This document shows, in pieces, positions 14,005-26,166 of a stretch of DNA of 64,000 bases. The position numbers and the translations under genes are program-made. Source of the DNA: the human T2T-CHM13v2.0 reference genome, Homo sapiens; NCBI RefSeq assembly GCF_009914755.1, contig NC_060925.1; one strand, written 5' to 3'. Below the pieces are notes generated by a model that made no database searches, was not told the origin of the DNA, and saw nothing but the letters and a program-made list of their open reading frames with translations. How positions within the stretch are numbered: the first letter of the stretch is position 1; every line of letters begins with the position of its first letter.

Positions 14005-15489
14005 ATCTACCGTGGTCATTGTTTGTCTTCTGCATTTCTTTCTCATTGCACCATTTTCTTCTTTGTTGTGCCATATTTTGAAACCTCTCTGCCCTTTCTC
14101 TTAACTAGCTGAGGCTAAAATATTTGCAGAATCTGCACTTTTGGCACTTATGTGGCTCATCAGGGAAAGCCAGAATATCTACCTAAAAGAACCAGTAGAG
14201 CAACATCAAATAATGCCCCTCTTCTTTTTTGTGTGGCCTTGCCAGTTCAACGTATAATTTGAATATATGAAGGTTACAGATGGACTCTGGCAAGTTGTTC
14301 TGATTTCTGCAGCATTCCAAAGCTCTAATGAGCAGAGCATGCAGCCTGAGGGATGGTGAGAGTCTGATTTTTAGATAATCAAGGATATTTATATCTTTTA
14401 ATAGGCTGGTGCCTTGTAGTTCTATTCCAGCATAAAACTGAGAGTTGAAGAGACATCTAATCAATTTGATGTCCTCTCTTTAACAGTTATATATCAAAGG
14501 GGTGTTCAGGCTGAACACATGAAAATGTTACAGGGATGGAAATGGGAGAATTATAAACATTTTATGCTGCTCTATCCTCACTATATTTAAAACAAAAACA
14601 TGATACAGATTTTTACATGGTGGGGTGTGTTTACAGGGAAATAATGTGCTCTATTTCATATGAAACAGGACACAAGAGAGCATTCTCAGATTTGTAACAC
14701 TAGCCGTAGTCTGTGGAGGTGCCCATTAGACCTGTTCCTGGCCTTTTATTCAGGGCTGTGAAGCAGTAGGGGCGACAGAGGCTCGGCTGCCTGCGTAATG
14801 AGATTGACTTGGTTTGCCTGGCATGCAGTGATTTATGAGGGTGCTTATTGTAGGGATATCTGCCGCTGAGAGCAGCCAGATGAAAGGTGTGTGGGTGAGA
14901 GGTGGAGGAGAGCAGGGAATAGGAGAGAGGCAGTTGTGTATAGGCAGGTAAGGCTCATCTTGATTATAGTTGTTGGAATCCTGAGCTGAGTGAAGATGTA
15001 GAATAGTGTGAAATGGTAGATTAGCAAGGCTTTGGAATTGCACAGATATGGGTTTGAATTGCTGACCCTTCCACTCGTTAACTGGACTCTTTGGTGAGTT
15101 ACTTTCCTTCTTTGAGCTTCCATTGCTTCATCTGTAAACTGGGGATAATAACCACTTCCACTCTCCCGCTATATGAAACTGTACTATCATAAAGGTCTGA
15201 GCACAGTTCCTGTTGCATTGGAGAGCTCAGTTAGTGGTAGAGATGATTAATGTTTGTCCATATGTCCATTCATTGTTTGTTTACCAGTATTCAATGTGCT
15301 TTGCAATTTCTAACAGAGCCTCATTTTCTAATAGATGTCTAATGGTGACTTAGACATCTGTTAGGTATCAATAGCTCTTAAGATCAGGATGGAAGAACAT
15401 GACAGTCAACATGTATTTATAGATATATGTATGAACATCTAAGTGGCATGTAGGAGTGTACTGGTACCTGAAATATGATTGAAAGAACA

Positions 15490-16135
15490 GCCACCTGGCC
15501 AGTAAGCACAGTAAAAGATACTTCACCTCACTAGTAATCAGGGAAATTACCAAAATAGGACCAAAGTGAGATACTTATTTATACTTGACAAAGTGGTAAA
15601 AATGTAAAAGTCTGACAATACTAAGTGTTAAGGAGAATATAGAGTGAAGGAACACATATGTACTAGTTGTAGGAATTTAAACTGCTGTGACTGCTTTGGA
15701 GAATGGTTTGTCAATATCTAGATATATGAAGTGTACATACCTTATTTACTGGCAAATTCTGCTTGTAGGTATAATCTAGAGAGAGTCTTATGTATGTTAT
15801 CAAAGTCATGTGTTCCTCACTGTGTTGCTTATTATAACAAATAGCCTACGTGTCCATCAGTGGGGTAATTGATACACACATTAATTGAGCTAAAGCTGCA
15901 TTTGGTACCAGCATAGGTGAATTTTAAACAAAAGTAAGTGAAAAAAATAAAGTTGCAAAATTATGCAAATAGAAAACCATTTATGTACAGCTTGAAATCT
16001 TGGAAAATAATATTAATACATTTTTTGTGGATACAAACATATGGAATACAAGTTTGAAGAAATTAATTGGAATGACAAATATAAAATTCAGGCTGATATT
16101 AGGAGAAGAAAGTGGGATGTGATTGGAAGGGTTGC
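15490..16135 (+). mobile_element. Old L1ME-type fragment (ORF2 end and 3'UTR), sense
   Basis: aaaagatacttcacctcactagtaatcagggaaat...aaaagtctgacaatactaagtgtt. Confidence 0.65.
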
Positions 16136-16877
16136 CTGGGTTCACTAGCTTGTATGCCCTTAGACAAGTTTCTTAACGTCTGTGCCTCAGTTTTCTGATC
16201 TATAACATAGGAATAATAATATTATCTATTTCATTGGGATGCTATGAGGATTAAATGACTGAATATAGATAAAATGCTTAGAAAAATACCTACCAGATAG
16301 TAAGTGTTATATATAAGTTAGCAATTATAGTGCCTATTACGTGAATATTTTTATTATTCTTTATTTTGAAAATCTTATATATTGCAAGTTTTGAAAAAGA
16401 ATAGATGCCATTCTTGTCTTTTGTCATCATATAGTTGGAAAGTGAACAAAGATTAAAAATACCATCAATACAGGAATTTCAGGATGTGGCATAATAGAGT
16501 TTAGCTACGTTCTCTTGACCCCTAGATTTATTAGGTACCATGCCAACAGCTTTATATGCATTTATTTAATCTTTCCCTATGGAGTAGGCACAATTTTTAT
16601 CCCTATTTTACAGATGGGAAGAAAGAGATTTAGAAAGACTGACTTCCAGGGTCACACAGCTAGGGGTAGCAAAGCTGGGCAGGAACCCAGGTGAGAATGA
16701 CTCACGCTCTTGACTGCTAGGCCTTAAAGCCCTACCTGGCCACTGTTCACATTAACCACCTCCTCTACACAGATTCCTGCTTCCTTCCTGTATCAGCCTG
16801 CATAGGTTAGGTTGTGCTTTGGTTATGAACATTCCCAAAAGATCAGCGGCTTCTATTAACAAACAGGTGTTTCTTAC

Positions 16878-17234
16878 TGTATTAGTCTGTTTTCACGCTG
16901 CTTTAAAGAACTACCTGAGACTCAGCAATTTATAAAGAAAAGAAGTTTAATTGATTCACAGTTCCACATGGCTGTAGAGGCCTCAGGAAACTTACAACCA
17001 TGACAGAGGGTGAAGGGGAAGCAAGTCACATCTTACATGATGGCAGGACAGAGAAAGAGAGCAAGGACGGAAGTGCCACATTTTAAAACCTTCAGATCTC
17101 TCACTGTCATGAGAACAGCATGGGGAAAATCCACCTCCATGATCCAATCACTTCCCACCAGGTTCCTCCCCTGACCCGTGGAGATTACAACTTGAGACGA
17201 GATTTGAGTGGGGACATAGAACCAAACCATATTA
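16878..17234 (-). mobile_element. MSTA/THE1D-like MaLR solo LTR
   Basis: tgtattagtctgttttcacgctgct...accaaaccatatta; perfect 5-bp TSD cttac at 16873-16877 and 17235-17239. Confidence 0.9.
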
Positions 17235-17532
17235 CTTACTCATGCCAAATATTCATCAAAGGTCACCTGGGTCATCAAAGGTCATATGCCACATAGCTCC
17301 TTTCTCTGGGACCCAGAAGTCATGGACAGAGCAGCCACAGTCTCCAACCTTGCTGATTGCTATGGCAAAGGGAGAGAGAAATACAGACAGAGAGAGAGAG
17401 AGACAGAGAAAGAGAGAAAGAGAGAGAGAAAAACTATGGAGAATATCACATTGACAGTTAAATGTACCCTGGAAGTGATGCACAACATACACTGTGATAC
17501 ACAGCACTTCCCCTCACACACATAGGCTGGAG

Positions 17533-17779
17533 CAGTGGTTTTCAACCAGGGGTGATTTTGCCTCCACTAGGGGATATTTGCCAATCTCTGGAGACATTTT
17601 TTATTGTCACAACTCAGAGGTGGAGTGGGGGTTGGGGCAGGTGCTACTGGCATCTAGTGAATAGAGGCCAGGAATGCTACTCAACACCTTGCAGTGCACA
17701 GGGACAACCCCCTCAAAACACGCACAATAAAGAAGTATTTAGCCTAAAATGTCAATAGTGCTGAGATTGAGAAGCCCTG
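17533..17779 (+). mobile_element. MER20 (hAT-Charlie MITE)
   Basis: cagtggttttcaacc...gattgagaagccctg terminal inverted repeats; 8-bp TSD ggctggag/gactggag. Confidence 0.88.
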
Positions 17780-18066
17780 GACTGGAGCTAAGCACAAGGG
17801 GCCAAAAAGCGCAATTTTAAGAAGCTATAAAGGGAAGAGAACCTGAAATATTTGACAGATAGCACTAATAGCTGCCATGCATCCTAAGGCCTAAAAGCTG
17901 TACTAAAGCCCCTTCAGAAGGTGTTTTTCATGATAGAAGTGAACCAGTGCTTTAAGGGATAGCCATGGAATGGGGCTTCTAGTATAGTCAGCTTCATCAG
18001 AGGGCCGAGGAGTGCCCTGGACTCACTGAAGTTGACTACTGCTCTTCCTCAGCAGTCTCTCTGGAG

Positions 18067-18378
18067 CAGCACTGTCCAAATGTAGTACAATAAAGGCCAC
18101 ATACGTAGCTTAAAAATTTTCAGTATCCACACCAAACAGGTAAAAAGGAGCAGGTGAAATTGATTTTACAGCTATAATTTCTTTAATTCAATATATTTAA
18201 ATTATTATTTCAACATGTAATCAGTATAAAAATATTGAGATACTTTACATTCTTTTTTTTTTGCACCAAGCCTTTGGAATGTGTTGTGTGTTTTATATTT
18301 ACTGCACATTTCAGTTGAGACTAGCCATATTTCAGGCGCTCAATTGTTACACATGGCTAGTAGCGGCAATACTGGAGG
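18067..18378 (+). mobile_element. MER33 hAT-Charlie MITE
   Basis: cagcactgtccaa...caggtgaaattgatttt...gactagccatatttcaggcgctcaa. Confidence 0.8.
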
Positions 18379-18610
18379 TTTCTGTTCCTGGGACTCAGTG
18401 AGGGACTGACCTGGGTCTCCCCTGAGGACCAGTAGCAATGCTATAACTCAGAGTCTATAAGTTCTGAGAGTGGGACACAATTTCCAGGAATATCTGTCCC
18501 AGACTCTTAAAGACAGTCTGTGTATGTTTTAAGAATGAAGAGGGATTGGTTTTCCGTGGATTCTCTGCCATCACCATTTTTGTTTGTTTGTTTTTTTTTT
18601 TTTTTGGCAG

Positions 18611-18761
18611 GTGCCTCATCTCCAGACATGGAGCCCAGCTATGGGGGAGGTCTCTTTGACATGGTAAAAGGAGGTGCAGGGAGGCTCTTTAGTAACCTAA
18701 AGGACAACTTGAAAGACACCCTCAAAGACACATCTTCTAGAGTGATACAATCTGTGACCAG
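18611..18761 (+). CDS. DNAJC6: DNAJC6 exon 2 (151 nt, phase 1-2): GASSPDMEPSYGGGLFDMVKGGAGRLFSNLKDNLKDTLKDTSSRVIQSVT(S)
   Basis: Long poly-T tract then ggcag| acceptor; ACCAG|gtacgc donor; in-frame ATG at 18628 in gacATGg context. Confidence 0.96.
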
Positions 18762-19860
18762 GTACGCACATTCTTCCCAGTTAATTTAGTGGATCCCCAT
18801 GCTCTCAAAGGATCTGGTTACCTGCTGACTGCTTGTCTGGCTCAAAGAGTGTCAATTTTGGGATATAATTTTATGGGATCTGATGAACTGAGAAATGTCA
18901 TTGAAGACATAAAGTTAAGTCCTTTAGAAGCTATAAGCACGGGCTGGGAGGACTCAGTTCATTGCCACATTAGAGTATAATGGTTGCCCTCCCTGTCTTT
19001 AGAATCAAACATCTTGGGTTCTAATGCAATATCTGCCCTTGTTAACTAAGAGCCCTCAGGCAAGTTAATTAACCTCTCAGAGCTTTTTTTTTATACCCTG
19101 ACAGGATTTGTGTCTTTGGGTTGTTTAGGGATTAAATGAGATTAAAATATACATGCAATCTGAATAAGCATTACCTACGGATTGTAATCAAATCAGAACT
19201 TTGTTTTTGTTTCCTACTAGCCCTTTAACATTTATTCAGTGAGAGAAGTTTCCTACTCTTCCACTGTATGAAAATTCTTATAAGCAGGTCATAGGAGTTA
19301 TTTTTTATTGTTTAGTATTAGAAAATTCTAGGGTCACTTTGAGTTACAATATGCAGTTCTTAATCAGAAATTCAAACGTCAAGTACATTATATTAATCAA
19401 AATTTTAATCTTTGTTCAAAGATAAAACTATTCTTACCTCTGATTCTCAACCAGGGCCTGGTAGGCAGAAAAATGGTGTCATTTATTTTTTCTCAACCAC
19501 TTCTTCCCCTACCCCTTAGCCACTTACAATTATGGAAGATATTTCCAGGTAGGCAAAGAAGCTAGAACAATTGGTGTTGATAAATAAGCAGAGTTTTCTA
19601 TTCTGAGATTGATTCAGATCATGAAGTGGCATCTACAAGGGCATTAGAATGCACCAGTTGGAGTGGCATATTTATACCCCTGAGGTCACGGGCTTTCTTT
19701 TCTCAGTGATCCTTCCTTGTTGGAGAGAAGGGCTGGAGGGGAGTCGAAACATGCCCCCTGGACAGCGGTGTCCCAGTTCATATGCGCAAGTGATTGAGAG
19801 AGAGAAATCTTGGCATATTTGGATCATTTTAATGAGTGCCCATTTTTGTCTTGCTTTTAG

Positions 19861-19910
19861 CTACACAAAGGGAGATTTAGACTTCACTTATGTTACCTCC
19901 AGAATTATTG
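19861..19910 (+). CDS. DNAJC6: DNAJC6 exon 3 (50 nt, phase 2-1): YTKGDLDFTYVTSRII, start of the PTEN-like phosphatase domain
   Basis: ttgcttttag| acceptor; ATTG|gtaagt donor; resembles the DLDLTYI...II(A)M motif of PTEN/tensin. Confidence 0.96.
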
Positions 19911-20023
19911 GTAAGTTTCTCATGTTTATTAACAGTCCTTTGGCTCAGTTTCCCGTTGCTGCCCATCGTTATAGCAGACGTAAACATTTAACCTGTTTTC
20001 TTTCTGTGTGATCTCTCTCCTAG

Positions 20024-20172
20024 TGATGTCCTTTCCTCTGGACAATGTTGACATAGGATTCAGGAATCAGGTTGATGACATTCGAAGCTTTTTGGATTCC
20101 AGACATCTTGACCACTACACAGTATACAATCTGTCACCTAAGTCTTATCGAACTGCCAAGTTTCACAGCCGG
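20024..20172 (+). CDS. DNAJC6: DNAJC6 exon 4 (149 nt, phase 1-0): VMSFPLDNVDIGFRNQVDDIRSFLDSRHLDHYTVYNLSPKSYRTAKFHSR
   Basis: ctctcctag| acceptor; CGG|gtaagg donor; PTEN-like RN..D+..FLDS+H..HY.+YNL pattern. Confidence 0.96.
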
Positions 20173-21120
20173 GTAAGGATTTTTAGCCCTGAGATCATAC
20201 TGTTGAAGACGTGATGGTGCTTTTCCTCCTCAGAGATACCCTTAAAGCACGTGCCCTTAGGCATCTGAAGCTGAAAAACTATACACTCTGGACACTTCTG
20301 TTCACAAAATATTTATTAGGCTGCTATGAGATATCCTAAAGATTTTCCTTGGGTGAGGATACTTACAGGAAAGTGTATCTGTCAATGAAATACCATCGAA
20401 GTTGGGGTCTCAAGTCTGTTGGTGCCTGGTTGTTCCATGGCACAGTGTTCATGAGGCTTAAGTTGGAGATTGAACTGCTGCTAGGGCAGTTGGCTGCCTT
20501 CATGCTGTTACACTAATTATGCCGTTGACCCTTCTTTATTGCTACTTGGTATCAAGATAAGGCAGTGTGGATAGACCGGTACTGACAAGTATTAATGGGA
20601 ACGTGTTTCCATTAATATATTTTAAGAAGTTTTTTGAACTAGAGAGAGAAATATTCCTAGTTTCACCTTGGCTTAGGTTTGAATCTGATATCGAGCCTGA
20701 TATTTCTGGCCACTGAATTCTGACTTACTCACTAAAAAAAGGCATTTTTTTCCCCTCTCAAGAACATCTCTAAATATTTTTGACTTAGCCTTCAGATATG
20801 ATTGGTTCTGCAACTTCATTTGGGTCTATTAATAAATAGAATGGACTTTCTATGCATGGATCCTTTAAAAGTGAAACTTGATGTCAAATGTGTAAAATGA
20901 TAGCTGGTTGACAATGCTGTGTATCTAGGATCTTAGCTTTGATGCTGGAACACACTTCGTTCCAAATTCCAGTTACCATTGATAATCTCTGGGCCTCAGT
21001 TTCCAGATCTGTAACACACACAAGAAAATTGGTGTACATGCTTTATATGGCTCCTTCCTGCCCTAATATTCAATAAGCTATGGGAGAGTTTTAAGGACCT
21101 CTTTTTCAGCGTATTCTGAG

Positions 21121-21283
21121 AACAGTCTCAAATTTTGGTGTGCATCAGAATCACTTGGAGGGCTTGTTAAACACAGACTTCTGATTCAGAAGGACAAGGG
21201 AGGCATAAGAATCTGCATTTCTAACAGCTTCCTGGGGGCTGCTCCTGATGTTGCTGCGGGGACCACTCTTTGATAAAGCACTG
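21121..21283. mobile_element. MER5A-like MITE
   Basis: tgcatcagaatcacttggagggcttgttaaacacaga...aagaatctgcatttctaaca. Confidence 0.75.
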
Positions 21284-21929
21284 ATAACGCCATTCTGAAG
21301 TGGTTTGATCTAAATTGCCATTCTATAATGAAGATTTTAAATGCATCTCTTTAAAATCTTCTGTAATAAAATAACCTTCCAACTCTTATTCCATCTATTA
21401 GCTAATTCAGAACAAGTGAATTAACATCAAACAAAAATGTGGATAGATATTTTGTTCTTAATGTAAGGCAAATCTTTTGAATTATTTTTCTTGACTGGAG
21501 GCTAAGTCAGTGCCATTATTTTCATAATTTAAGGACTGTGGAACATCCTACACAATATTTCATAGAAATTTTATTTGACCTTGAAAGATCTGTGATAATC
21601 TGGAGCATTTTCCCTCTGAAAGTAAATAAAGATATGATATCATTATAGAAGCATTTATACATATAAAGATGTCTCTTTGTATAATGTTTATAAAAGGCAA
21701 TCTCTATAAAGATGTTTTTAATGAAAGGCATCTATCAGTGTAACTAAAGATTTTGTGACTGGACTTAAGGGTTTACCAAAGGAATCAGAGATTACATATT
21801 AAACACCTACCCTGGGCTGCTCTTACTTGCCCTAGAAGAGGAGGGAGCATTTTTTTTTTTTTTTTTTTGGATACCTAGAACAACAGTTCCTGACATAGAT
21901 AATCAATGTTTTTAAAAAGCATGAATGTG

Positions 21930-22007
21930 CTGCACCCATTAACTCGTCATTTAGCATTAGGTATATCTCCTAATGCTATCCCTCCCCAAAAATAAAAAAT
22001 AAAAATA
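21930..22007 (+). mobile_element. Tiny 5'-inverted L1PA (L1PA3-like) insertion: 58 bp of inverted 3'UTR plus an A-rich tail
   Basis: ctgcacccattaactcgtcatttagcattaggtatatctcctaatgctatccctcccc followed by aaaaataaaaaataaaaata; 16-bp TSD aaaaagcatgaatgtg at 21914-21929 and 22008-22023. Confidence 0.88.
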
Positions 22008-22447
22008 AAAAAGCATGAATGTGGAAAGAATTGTTAAACACTATAGATATAAAATAAATATTTGGTTTTTGTTCTCAAGACACCTAAGCCTAGTTGGCGA
22101 GAGAACCCAGGACGTTCTAAAGATAAGTACAAATAATATTTATAATACCTGCCAAGGGAGATTAGTAAAGGGAGACACCAGTGACAGCTGGACCTTAGAG
22201 CAGGAGAAAGGCTTATATAGGTCAGAGGAGTGGAGTCATTTCTTGCCTATACAAATCATAAAATATCTTGTGAGGCTCTTGATGATCTAGCCTCTATCTG
22301 CTCCTCTAACTTCATCTTTTACCATTCTTCATTGCCCAAAAATCATATGCTCCAATAGGGATAGGCATGTGCTCATGTGCACACAGACACACACAATCTT
22401 CTTGCATGAGCTACTCCTTCTCCCTTAAAAGCTACCCATGTCACACA

Positions 22448-22771
22448 CCCTTCGTCTCCTTCCTTCCTTCCTTCTTCCCTTCTCTTTCCTTTCTCCTTCC
22501 GTTTTCCTTCCCTTCTCCTTCCCTTCTCCTTCCTTCCTTCCTTCTTTCCTCTTCTTCCTCCTCTTCTTCTTCTTCTTCTTCTCCTCCTTCTCCTTCTTCT
22601 CCTTCTCCTCCTCCTCATTCTTCTTCTCCCTTCCTCCTTCCTTCCTCTCTCCCTTCCTCCCTTCCTCCTCCTCTTCCTCCTCCTTCTTCTTCCTCTTCTT
22701 CTTCTTCTTCTTCCCCCTCCCCTCCCCTCCCCTTCTCTTCCCTCCCCTCCCCTTCCCTTCCCTTCCCTTCC
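22448..22771. repeat. About 320-bp polypyrimidine/polypurine compound microsatellite (TTCC, TTC, TCC, CCCTT units)
   Basis: Nearly pure C/T on the + strand (only 3 purines seen); occupies the tail position of the adjacent antisense Alu. Confidence 0.95.
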
Positions 22772-23149
<378 letters not shown>

Positions 23150-24211
23150 TAGCTCTTCCAGATAGTCCTAGAATTTGGCAGAATGCAAGTGGATCCTCTG
23201 ACCTGTCTCCTTTACCCTTAGTTGCATCTTAGGGAGGCAGTCCCAAAGCCGTAGTATTTCCATCTTACCTTTGTTTTTGATTTGCCTACATCTCTTTTCA
23301 AACTCCTAGACCTTTCTTTCCCCAGCACTAACACTGTGAATGGATTTGCATCTCATTGTTGCATGACTTAGAAAAGTTTTCTTTGTTTTTACCTTTCAGT
23401 TCATGAGGACTAGAACCATTTCTTACTCCTTCCGGTTCTGTGGAGTGCTACGTCTGAAATTAAACCTTATTTTAATAAATGTTGATGGTAGAGTCTACCA
23501 TAAATACTAAACATGGAACTGGTTTTATTTGTAGATTCATAAGGGTGTATAAGGTCTTAGGAATTTTTTATTTATAAACTCGTGGGAGTCTGGATCTGCC
23601 CACATCATATACCTCTGTGCCTTGAAACCTGAATTCAGTCATTTTACATGATGATTATGTGATTGTTTGTATATGTTCAAACCTGCATTTGAGGATGTAG
23701 GTAGTGATGTTGGCAAAGACAGGCTGTTTCCAGGAAGATTTTACTTTGCTGAGGGTTGTCATTCTGTATTTCGATTCACTTTTATGCTTAGAAGCCACAT
23801 TGGTTGACAGGAATTGTATGAAATGATCAATACTGTTTTCCTGATTTTTCTATTATGTATTTGCATATGTCACAGAATGTTAAAATAGGACTTTGTTTAG
23901 TCTCAGTTTAGCAGAGGCTACAACTCAAAACAATGCATAGCACATAGCCCAGCATTCAAAAGCGAAGTACTGGAATACCTATTCAGGACTGCAAAGGATG
24001 TATGAAACCTCAGGTGTTTTTATTTTTTTTTAATGTTTTTTGACTCTTTATAGCCAATATCCACCTTGAGGAAATAAGAGTACTGATGCTGACAATGAAG
24101 TCCTGGAGACCAACAAGATGCATCAGTTAAACCAGATGTTCATAATGACTCCTCTGTGTATGTAGATCTATTGCTAGGCTTCAGAGAGCTTAACCATCTG
24201 TTTCTGCTCCT

Positions 24212-24380
24212 TTAAAAAAATTATTGTGGTAAAATATACATAACATAAACTTATTGTAACCATTTGTAGCATAAAATTTCAGTGGCATTAATTATATTCC
24301 CAATGTTGCATAACCAACACCGCTATCTATACTTAAACCTTTCTCATCATCCCCAACATAAACACTGTTCCCATCCACTC
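24212..24380 (-). mobile_element. L1MB-type 3' end fragment
   Basis: attgtggtaaaatatacataacataaa...ttcagtggcattaa...aatgttgcataacc. Confidence 0.6.
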
Positions 24381-26121
24381 CATGCATATGTGTGTGTATG
24401 CGTGTATACACTGGTTTGGTTTCTGCATAGAAGGTTTATAGCTGTGCCCCAGAATATCAGGAACCTTTACACATTTCTTGGCATTACTGTTGGCAATAAA
24501 TGGAAAGCTGGATGAATGTACACTAAGTCTAACCTGATTCCAGAGTTCTTAAGTTCTGATTAATGCTATTCTAGGGCCACTTTGTCTCTCCTTCTTCCAC
24601 TGTTTACCCAGGAAGGACAGTATGGTGACAGAGTCCTTCTAGCAGCAAAGAAATCTGCAGCCCAGCTGGTTGTTTTAGGCTCTACCCTCTTAACTATTTC
24701 TAAATGACATAATCTTCTAGGATTTCTTTCCCTTTGGGAACAATTTGATTTTTGGAAAATGTATTATCAACTTGGGTGTCTTAAAGGACTCATGATTGAA
24801 GGTCAATGTTTTTACCCCTTTTTCTTCCTGAGCACACCAAAGAGGTCGCTACAGCTCCCAGTTGTTTCTGCATTGGTGGGAGGTTGGTGGGAGATTGGCT
24901 GGAGTGGGAGAAGTTTATAGCTCATATTTCATCTCTCACTCTGCTACCATGCCTCAGTGTCAGGACAAGAAATAACTGGAGTGAAAAAAACAATCCCTGG
25001 CCTGGGGGCCAGAGGACCAGAGACTCCCACATTCTAGTTATGAAGCCTTCCATGAATTGAATGTCTTAACCCTGGTAAAATACAGCCATCACTTGAAGCT
25101 GTAACCACTCTACAAATGCAAGGTGGAGTTATTGTTATCAGTCATCAGACAATGTAGTATAATGGAGAGTGCACAAATTTTATTTTTTTAAACTGAGATG
25201 AAGCCATATAGTGTATACAAACTTTAGACTTTAAAAATTACCCTAGGTTCACATCTCAGCTGTTCTTCTTCCTGGGCAAGTCACTTTTACCTCTCCTTGG
25301 ACTCGTTTTTCTCCTGTGTAAAATGGATATGCCAATAAGAGAGTGCCTATCTCACAAGCACTCTTAGAATTTTTTTTATAGGTTTGTTGTAAGGAATAAA
25401 TTTGATAGCAGTCTCTTGCTTAGAGTCATCATGCAGTAAGTAGTAGCTATGATTAACATTGGTAATAATAAAATGCTACAATAAGTGATTGACTGAATTA
25501 TCCCCATCCTCCAAAAATGGTGTGTGATTCATAAAACACTAGATGTAGCAATTAAGTCATACTCTCTGTAGAAGCATTCATTCCTATGCTTAGTGAATGG
25601 CTGCTTCTGCCCATCCTGTCTTGGGCAAGGGATGATGGAGAGATGAAAATTGAATGGCATCCAGCTCTAGCGATGATTTGGCTTCTTTTTCCCACTGGGT
25701 GGTATCATGGCAGTGCTGTAATCTGTATGGTGTCCTCTGATGCTAAGCAAGCCCAGGAGATGTTCAAGGTGTTCAGGAAAACTGGCGACAGCATTGCGAA
25801 GTGTCAGCTACTGCATGAAGCTGTGAACCCCAGAGAGCTACAAAAATAGCTTGCAGTGATTGAATTCCTTTTTTATTTTGTTGGTTTTGTTTATGCCTTA
25901 GTGTTTTCCCCTTTTAGACAGAGCACATGCTTTTAAAAAATTCTAATTGTATGTTTACTTAATGGTGTATAATTATATATCAAGTAAATATATAATTATG
26001 GAGTACTTTAAATTAATATTATTTACTTGATTGAGTTAATGATTCTGGAGCTATTAGCCTATTGTGCTAAGAATAATTTAGCCAACTTTTAGCTGAGACT
26101 CATTACAGATATTGACATTTG

Positions 26122-26123
<2 letters not shown>

Positions 26124-26165
<42 letters not shown>
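26124..26165 (+). repeat. (GT)21 microsatellite
   Basis: Perfect 42-bp run. Confidence 0.97.

Positions 26166-26166
<1 letters not shown>

Larger units (their letters stand above)
16789..17881 (-). mobile_element. Old MLT1 (K/L-like) MaLR LTR, split by MSTA-like and MER20 insertions
   Basis: ataggttaggttgtgct...gagcagccacagtctccaaccttgctg...ggaagtga...gaaatatttgacagatagcactaat resumes across both inserts. Confidence 0.65.
18611..20172 (+). ncRNA. Candidate circular RNA from exons 2-4 (350 nt spliced; circDNAJC6)
   Basis: Compact three-exon block between two long introns, flanked by oppositely oriented Alus. I recall a brain circRNA of this size from DNAJC6, but have not verified it here. 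Confidence 0.65.
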
